In this document: positions 8,100-14,224 of the stretch, in pieces
How positions within the stretch are numbered: position 1 is the stretch's first letter
Layout of the letters: each line of letters begins with the position of its first letter
DNA from: Paraspadella gotoi
Lineage: Eukaryota > Animalia > Chaetognatha
Reading direction: 5' to 3'
Assembly: GCA_051294375.1 (NCBI GenBank)
Contig: JBJCIZ010000761.1
Coordinates: 1-14,224, forward strand
DNA length: 14,224 nt
Notes under the pieces: model-generated
Told to the model about the DNA's origin: nothing
What the model saw: only the letters and a program-made list of their open reading frames with translations
Database searches by the model: none
Program-made: the position numbers and the translations under genes

Positions 8100-11000
8100 G
8101 CATGACGGCTTTGAGGTGCTTCTTTGTTTCGCGGATCATCCTTTCCCACGCACCTCCCCAATGAGGAGCGTTTGGCGGTCCGAAAGTCCAGGTGATGCCC
8201 TTTTTGGCTATTCCTTCGTTGACTTTGGTGTCTTCTTGAAGGTGTTGAAGTTGTTTCTCGATTTCGTTGCTGGCGCCTACGAGATTGGTGCCGTTGTCTG
8301 ATACGAATGTCCGTACTCCTGGATAAACATTTTTAAATCTTATTAATGCGCTAAGCATAGATTGAGATGACATGTCTTTTAAGATTTCGAACGCTACTGC
8401 TCGTGTCGTCAGACAAGTGAATATAACGACATTCTTTTTGTTTAGTCCCCGCCCGGCGTGCTTCACCTGAAATGGGCCAAAACAGTCAAGTCCTGTGACT
8501 TCGAATGGGATTGTCTCGTTCACTCGAAATTCTGGATGTTCGGCCATTTTCTGCGGTGACGGGACTTTCAAGTTTCTTTGGCAATTCAAACATCGACGGA
8601 CGATCTTTTCCACTGCGGGTCTTCCTCCCAATAAGGTAAATTTCTGTCTGAGCGAATGAAATGTTGCGCATGCTCCGGAGTGGTATAATGTCACATGTTC
8701 ATGGCGTATCAACGACTCTACGTTTTCTTCATCTTTAGGTAATATGATGGGATGTTTGGTATGATATGGTAGGCCTTTTGAGTTCCCCAACCTTCCTCCA
8801 GTCCTCATTATTCCTTCTTCGTCTATAAATGGGCTCAATGCAATGATTCTCGAATTTCTGTGTCTTAACTCTCTGTGTGAATTTGGCGTCATTACTCCCA
8901 GTTTGAGCAACTCGAATATTTCCTTTTCAAATTTCTTTCTTTGAATAGCTTTGATTAATTTCATTTCGGCTTTTTTAAAGTCTTCTCCTGTCATCATGAT
9001 TTGTTTTCTTTCAATCTTTTCCCCTTTTTTCTCGCGAATTCGACTTTCGACTAGTCCTTTCACGGCTTTTGCAACGTATGCTATTCTTCTTACTTTTTTT
9101 GTCCACTCGCTAATTTTTTCGGTCGCTGTCAGCACCCAATCTTCGCGTTCTTTGCCGATCTCTTTCTTTGGGTATTCTCGCGTCGAATTTGCAAAAATTA
9201 ACTCCATTGGGCTATATTCACTATCATCATGAATCGCGGTTATATTTACTACCGTTTCTTCTTTCTTTTTCTTTAGTTTGTCTAAGTCTTCAGTGACTGG
9301 CCATTCCTCTTTCTTTTTACTAAGCCATTCGGGGCCTTTGTGGAACTTCTTCCAGTTTTCTGTGTCATCTGCGTCGACTCCACGACTTGTGAGATCTGCC
9401 GGGTTTTCTTGTGAAGGTACATATTTCCATTCATTCGGTCTTGATAACGATCGGATCGTTTTTAATCGGAAGTTTTCATATGTCTTAAATCTTTTCTTCC
9501 AATCTCTAATCCATCTTATCACCGTTATTGAGTCCGTGAGCATGTGAATTTCGTCAAACTCCTCTCCCGCTTCTCTAATCATAGTATCTCTTGTCTGTGC
9601 TGCTAATCTAGCCGCGTTCAGCTCTAGTCTTGGCATCGAGTCTCCATGATCCAACTGGTCTTCAATAATTATTTTTTCCTGCATCTTTACTGGAACCACA
9701 TGTGCTTTTGCGAATAATAGTGTTACGTGACTTTTTTCACTGCCCTTGTTTTCCTTCTTAATGTATATCGCCACCCCATAACCTTCACAACTCGCGTCGC
9801 AAAATACTATCAGCGTTGTCTTCACACAATCTAGCCCGATGATGCTCGTCCACCTCGGAATTCTTATTCGCTTCAAGAAATGCATCTTCTTCCTCCATTT
9901 GTCAAACGCTTCGAACAGCTCTTCCGGTAGTTTCTCATCCCAGTCCAATCCTTCCATTACCACTTTCTGGAAAATGCTTCGTCCTTTCAGCACGAAAGGT
10001 GCTACTAATCCCAGTGGGTCGAATACTGACGCCACTAATTTAAGCACGTCTCTCCTCGTCTTTGCCTCTTTTTTAGATTTTTCTGTGACACGCACAAAGA
10101 AAACGTCTCGTTTCGAGTTATAACCAGTTCCTAGTACTTTCGAATCGTGTTCTTCCATCGATGGATCTTCCGGCAGAGCGTTTCCGGCCAGTCCTTCAAG
10201 ATTGTCTTCTAAATCTTCCTCCAGTCCTTCGTCGACATCTTCGTTTGTCGACTCATCATTTTCGTTTTCTTCTGCTTTATCTAATAATATTTTTGGGTGA
10301 GATGCTTGCCACTTGGTTAATTCGAATCCTCCTCTTCTCATAGCCTCCGTCATATCTAGCCTCATTTTTCGAGCTTCTTTAATTCCATCTAAAGTGTCGA
10401 GATAATCGTCGACGTATACTTTTATGAAGAAGGCGATAATGACCTCTGGCGAAAATTCTCCGGTAAAGCTCAACCTTTTTCCATGGTACTGTAGCACGAA
10501 TGTAGCTACTCCCGGGCTTCCTGCTCCCCCGAATACATGTACTAGCGGCTCATGCACCTCCAACGTCTTCATCGATTCGTCTGTGTACCAATGATACCTG
10601 AAAGCGGCAACATCTTTTGGATGTAATTCAACTTGATGGAAAAATCCTTTAATGTCAGCAGAGATTGTATATCTTTTCCTCCTGAATTTTAACAGCATAC
10701 CGATCAGCGGAGTCAGGTTGTCCGGCCCCCCGATAAGATGGTCGTTTAGTGCGTTCCCGTTCACTTTTGATGCTGCGTCTTGGCAAATTCTGAACTTTCC
10801 CGGCTTGTCTGGTCTTGTGACGACTAGTAATGGCGCGAAACATTCTGGATTTCCCGGCGGTGGGTGGTCGGCTACAGCTTTTCTTGCATGACCCGATTCG
10901 ATTGTCTCTTTCATTGTCTTGAATACCCCTTCCTTCAGCACTGGATCTTTCCGCATCTTGTTCGCCAACTTTCGGGCGCGGCTCTCTGCGTTTTTTATGA

Positions 11001-11793
11001 CGTCATCTTTAACCGTCTCAAAAAATTCGGCAGTCTTTTCTCTTCCCTTTTTCCATGGGGATGGCGCGACATAGTGCCCAGTCTTTTCGTTAAAGTATAC
11101 CTCCTTCTCCAGCTGCTCCAATGCGTAACAATCTTCCGCCGACGGATGCTGCACCTCCGAAGGATATTTTTCTGTCCCTCTCATCAAGAAATCATGCCGG
11201 AACATCGACGCGATCATGTACTCTAACTTTTCGTGCTCGTGCGGTGTTGAACAACAACTAATATGGTCTCCGCTTTCGTTCTCACTTGCTCCTACTAATG
11301 TCCATCCAAACAAGGTTTTCAAAGCGACTGGATAACCTTCCGGTCCTTTTCTTATTTCTCCTCCGACCCACGTGTGCGCCAATCTTGCGTCAAGGATCAT
11401 CTCCACCGAATCGTCTTCTAAATCAGCGAATTCCACTCCTTTCATGTAATGATAGTCTTCGATCTCCTCGTTTCTCGTCGGTCGGTCAGTCTCCGTCGTG
11501 AGGACTTCTCCGACCATCACTTTTCTCATCTCTGTCGTGAATGTATCTTCTAAGTTAGAGATTTCGATGTCTCCGTAGTCCCTCCATGCTCTTGAAACTT
11601 TATCATATGTTGTTAAGTTAGTATACTCAGAATAAGTGGCTACATTTAGTTCTTCGGCTATTTTTATCGACATGGCGGAGCGGGTAGCGCCGCTGTCTAG
11701 TAATGCGTACGTAACGACCGATTTTTCACCATTTCTGACTACGACTGGAACGATCGGCCGGAATGCTCCTGTCGTCACGTACGCTGCCGCCAG
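8062..11793 (-). CDS. pol: Pol polyprotein: aspartic protease, reverse transcriptase, RNase H, integrase zinc finger and DDE core
   Basis: Protease YALLDSGA. RT KFRICQDAA, ADIKGFFHQV, VFGGAGSP, YVDD. RNase H VFCDAS, PRLEL, TDS, ENPADLTSRG. Integrase H-x4-H...CLNC, GLDCFGP, SDNGTNL, GGAWERM. The frame is open directly after the gag stop (CTG at 11793). Confidence 0.97.
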   Translation of the reverse strand: MAAAYVTTGAFRPIVPVVVRNGEKSVVTYALLDSGATRSAMSIKIAEELNVATYSEYTNLTTYDKVSRAWRDYGDIEISNLEDTFTTEMRKVMVGEVLTTETDRPTRNEEIEDYHYMKGVEFADLEDDSVEMILDARLAHTWVGGEIRKGPEGYPVALKTLFGWTLVGASENESGDHISCCSTPHEHEKLEYMIASMFRHDFLMRGTEKYPSEVQHPSAEDCYALEQLEKEVYFNEKTGHYVAPSPWKKGREKTAEFFETVKDDVIKNAESRARKLANKMRKDPVLKEGVFKTMKETIESGHARKAVADHPPPGNPECFAPLLVVTRPDKPGKFRICQDAASKVNGNALNDHLIGGPDNLTPLIGMLLKFRRKRYTISADIKGFFHQVELHPKDVAAFRYHWYTDESMKTLEVHEPLVHVFGGAGSPGVATFVLQYHGKRLSFTGEFSPEVIIAFFIKVYVDDYLDTLDGIKEARKMRLDMTEAMRRGGFELTKWQASHPKILLDKAEENENDESTNEDVDEGLEEDLEDNLEGLAGNALPEDPSMEEHDSKVLGTGYNSKRDVFFVRVTEKSKKEAKTRRDVLKLVASVFDPLGLVAPFVLKGRSIFQKVVMEGLDWDEKLPEELFEAFDKWRKKMHFLKRIRIPRWTSIIGLDCVKTTLIVFCDASCEGYGVAIYIKKENKGSEKSHVTLLFAKAHVVPVKMQEKIIIEDQLDHGDSMPRLELNAARLAAQTRDTMIREAGEEFDEIHMLTDSITVIRWIRDWKKRFKTYENFRLKTIRSLSRPNEWKYVPSQENPADLTSRGVDADDTENWKKFHKGPEWLSKKKEEWPVTEDLDKLKKKKEETVVNITAIHDDSEYSPMELIFANSTREYPKKEIGKEREDWVLTATEKISEWTKKVRRIAYVAKAVKGLVESRIREKKGEKIERKQIMMTGEDFKKAEMKLIKAIQRKKFEKEIFELLKLGVMTPNSHRELRHRNSRIIALSPFIDEEGIMRTGGRLGNSKGLPYHTKHPIILPKDEENVESLIRHEHVTLYHSGACATFHSLRQKFTLLGGRPAVEKIVRRCLNCQRNLKVPSPQKMAEHPEFRVNETIPFEVTGLDCFGPFQVKHAGRGLNKKNVVIFTCLTTRAVAFEILKDMSSQSMLSALIRFKNVYPGVRTFVSDNGTNLVGASNEIEKQLQHLQEDTKVNEGIAKKGITWTFGPPNAPHWGGAWERMIRETKKHLKAVMQTNWTSTPSRRS

Positions 11794-11796
11794 TCA
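11705..11796 (-). promoter_or_regulatory. Candidate gag-pol stop-codon readthrough signal (UGA-C, 9-nt spacer, 14-bp stem)
   Basis: mRNA reads UGA CUGGCGGCA GCGUACGUGACGAC ...52 nt... GUCGUUACGUACGC. The arms 11771-11784 and 11705-11718 pair 14/14 with one G-U. Confidence 0.65.
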
Positions 11797-13425
11797 GGAG
11801 GAGCTCTGATTTTGGTCAGTTTCCTCCCGATGTAGGGATGCGTGATGCCTCTGTCCGCATGTCTGGCACCCCATAAGATTTGAGCAAGTTCTTGCCATGT
11901 GACCTCGTCCGAAACATAATCTGCATAAACCTTTCTCTTTCATCCAATTTAATCTCTCGTCGACGTTCAACTCGAGAAACTTCGAACATACTCCCGTGAA
12001 GTGGTTTTTTTCACAAAAATCACATTTCGACTGTCTTGGCCCTCTTGGTGCGTGGTTATTTGGATCTGAATTCGGATTAGCAAAATTTCGATTCGCTGCA
12101 ATGGTTGCTTTCGACGCGCGGGTGGTCGTGGCTGCACGAACGGAAATATGGTTTCTAACGACTTCCCCTGATGTCCTCGCGCTGTTGTAATTAGACCCGC
12201 TCGGTTTGTCTCCCGACACGGTCCCTTGTTTCATCAGTATTCCCATCGTTTCTTTCGATCTAGTTACCTCTTTCACTATGTCTAAGAACTCTTCGAATTT
12301 CAACTCAAGATCGCCTTTCTTTCTGTCATCTCCCTTTAAAATGGCCAATTCATGTTTAGTCATTCTTTTTGCGACAGGATTAGCTAGAAATGGTAATTTT
12401 TTTGAGATGATCTCTATATAAGTTTCGCGAGTTGAAAAGGTTGCGGCACGGTTCGTCTCGATGGCTCTTTTATAAAACCTTTCCATCTCTAGTATAAATG
12501 TTCTTGCCCCCGTGAAATCCCTTTCGTTTATCTTCGGCCCTTTCAGAAGTTCCTCCAGCATCTGCTGCGCCGTGAAATTTTTACGCCCGAATTCTATCTC
12601 CAATGCTTTTTTTGCTTCTTTCAATGCCTCGGTATGGTTTCCCGATGCCTCATGTTGTGACACTATGATCCCAGCGTCCCCGTCGAAATACTCTTTTAGC
12701 TCAGACATTAATATTTCGTCCGTTACTCCCACCACTTTGCTCAACGACTCAAACAAGTTCAATTGTGATTCAAAGTCTACTCGTCGATCCTTTCCACTAA
12801 ATTTTAATTTCGGTCTTTTTTGTCTGACAATACTCAGCGCCTGCTGTTGAGTTTGTAAAATGCATAATTGTGTGAGTGCATTCTCATGTGAGGATTGGAA
12901 ATTAATTTTTTCTTCCTTATTTTTATTCCTCCCTCCCCCGTCCAGGTCCTCAACAAATGATTCGACAACAGACGACATCGTCGGGCGCGGCGCGCTGCGA
13001 CACGAACATTTGTGACACTCAGTTAACATCGACGAGTCCTCAACATTATGAACAGGGATCACGGAAGAAATGACCGGCGGATGTGTTGGCGTGAACGGCG
13101 GCGAGTGACTAATTGACTGTGTTACTATCGGTGACGTTGTGAAAACCGGCGGAGCGAGTATTGTCGGCGGCAACGATGGTAACGGGACCGGCGGTGGCAA
13201 TGTGACGGGCGGCGGCGGCGGTACTATCCGCGGCGGCGGCGCGATCGGCAACGGCGGTGACCCGGACGAAACTGGCGGTGGTTCGGACGAAACTTGCGGC
13301 AGCGCGGACGAACGGACGGCGGAGGAGGCGCGCATGGCGGCGATGAAGTAACGCGGCCGGCCGGCGGCGCAATAATGTTCTGTCGATTCTCGGCTTCTCC
13401 TCTTCTCCTCAAGTAAGTCCCTCAT
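11794..13425 (-). CDS. gag: Gag, main open segment (Pro-rich region, capsid-like DUF1759-type region, three zinc knuckles)
   Basis: C-terminal CDFCEKNHFTGVC, CRLCFGRGHMARTC and CQTCGQRHHASLH match the BEL/Pao triple-knuckle pattern. LKFSG...FE..L..F resembles the BEL gag core. Ends at TGA 11794-11796. The true start is upstream of 13425. Confidence 0.9.
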   Translation of the reverse strand: MRDLLEEKRRSRESTEHYCAAGRPRYFIAAMRASSAVRSSALPQVSSEPPPVSSGSPPLPIAPPPRIVPPPPPVTLPPPVPLPSLPPTILAPPVFTTSPIVTQSISHSPPFTPTHPPVISSVIPVHNVEDSSMLTECHKCSCRSAPRPTMSSVVESFVEDLDGGGRNKNKEEKINFQSSHENALTQLCILQTQQQALSIVRQKRPKLKFSGKDRRVDFESQLNLFESLSKVVGVTDEILMSELKEYFDGDAGIIVSQHEASGNHTEALKEAKKALEIEFGRKNFTAQQMLEELLKGPKINERDFTGARTFILEMERFYKRAIETNRAATFSTRETYIEIISKKLPFLANPVAKRMTKHELAILKGDDRKKGDLELKFEEFLDIVKEVTRSKETMGILMKQGTVSGDKPSGSNYNSARTSGEVVRNHISVRAATTTRASKATIAANRNFANPNSDPNNHAPRGPRQSKCDFCEKNHFTGVCSKFLELNVDERLNWMKEKGLCRLCFGRGHMARTCSNLMGCQTCGQRHHASLHREETDQNQSSS

Positions 13426-14224
13426 GAGCTTGACTAGAAATATCTTCCTCTTCTTTCCTTTCCTCCCTTTCCTTTCCTCCCTCTCACCGTAGTAATGATC
13501 GATTTGGGCACCGTCGTTTCCGGCGGAGATTCCTCAACGTGTGTCGCGTACGATCGGGTTGCGTTCCTCATGACGTTCGACGATCGGGCGTTCCTCGACG
13601 CGGCGCTCGCGATCGGCGTTCCTCAACATGACGTCCGCTCCGGCGACTCACGACGCTCCGACGTGACGCCTTCGTACGACCGCCGTCCGATCTACAAGAA
13701 TACAGGTCTTCTTCAGAGCTGTCTCCACTAATTCGTGATAATCTCTCTTTAACTGCCCTTTCCTTCTTTTCAATAGCCTTTCGTTGAAATTCGAATTCTA
13801 TTGCTTTCTCTCTTTTCCTTCTTCATTCTTTTCCTTTCCGCTTCTCTCATTTTTTCCTCTTTTCTCTTACGGATCTCCTTAATCTTTGCTTCTAACGCTT
13901 CTTCTTCTCTCTTTCGAATCTCCTTCATCTTCGCCTCCAGAGCTTCCTCTTCTTCTCTGCTCTCTCGTTCTACTCTCCTTCTTTCTTTCTCAATCTTATT
14001 CTTTTCTTTCGCTTCCTCAAATGCACGACGCTCATCTTCAACTCTCTCTAGGTCGAGAACCAACCTCTGGCGGATCGTCTCTTGAGACGATCGGGATGAC
14101 TTTGTTACCGACGTTCCCCCGTTTTTCGACGATCTGACGCTCACGCTCGACGGTTCCAAATACGCGGAGATGCCCGTAGCGGATTTCGGCGACGTACATA
14201 CGGACGGAGATGTTGCCACCCAGT
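13426..14224 (-). pseudogene. gag: Frameshift-broken 5' part of gag (Ser-rich then E/K/R coiled coil)
   Basis: ORF 13770-14219 is open to the window edge. Protein-like text continues in shifted frames (EKAIEFEFQRKAIEKKERAVKERLSRISGDSSEED..., VEERPIV-type repeats, VEESPPETTVPKS) down to 13425. It needs several indels to join. Confidence 0.7.
13863..13952 (-). repeat. 45-bp in-frame tandem duplication in gag (EEEALEAK[M/I]KEIRKR x2)
   Basis: Two adjacent 15-codon copies, seen directly in the translation. Confidence 0.9.

Larger units (their letters stand above)
1620..14224 (-). mobile_element. BEL/Pao LTR retrotransposon, 5' end outside window, with ~5.5 kb accessory region after pol
   Basis: Gag with three Cys/His knuckles, pol in PR-RT-RH-IN order with BEL-type motifs, and a PPT followed by TGT at 2112. 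The left boundary is tentative. Confidence 0.92.

Noticed and set aside
3446-14137. Many plus-strand ORFs rich in F/S/L (e.g. 6054-6368, 6429-6917, 6556-7002, 7575-8105, 13801-14085)
   Set aside because: They are antisense shadows of A-rich K/E-coding minus-strand genes. Their hydrophobicity comes from T runs and there are no recognisable motifs.

Overview
Eukaryotic (probably invertebrate animal) DNA. From about 1620 to the right edge it is one minus-strand BEL/Pao (Belpaoviridae/Semotivirus) LTR retrotransposon whose 5' end lies outside the window. It has a gag with three zinc knuckles and a pol in PR-RT-RNaseH-IN order, then a PPT and probable 3' LTR (~1620-2112). Two features are unusual. 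(1) gag and pol are in frame and separated by one UGA-C, followed 9 nt later by a 14-bp stem, which looks like a programmed readthrough signal. (2) About 5.5 kb between pol and the PPT holds an operon-like array of seven same-strand non-env accessory ORFs (six small helical proteins and one ~390 aa protein). Almost every one is preceded by a pyrimidine-rich splice-acceptor-like YAG, and at least two are paralogues. A structured 3' region follows, with three 46-bp hairpin repeats and hairpins at the PPT/LTR junction. This copy has several frameshifts (5' gag, integrase C-terminus, one accessory ORF), from decay or sequencing indels. Bases 1-1619 are AT-rich flank with no supportable gene.
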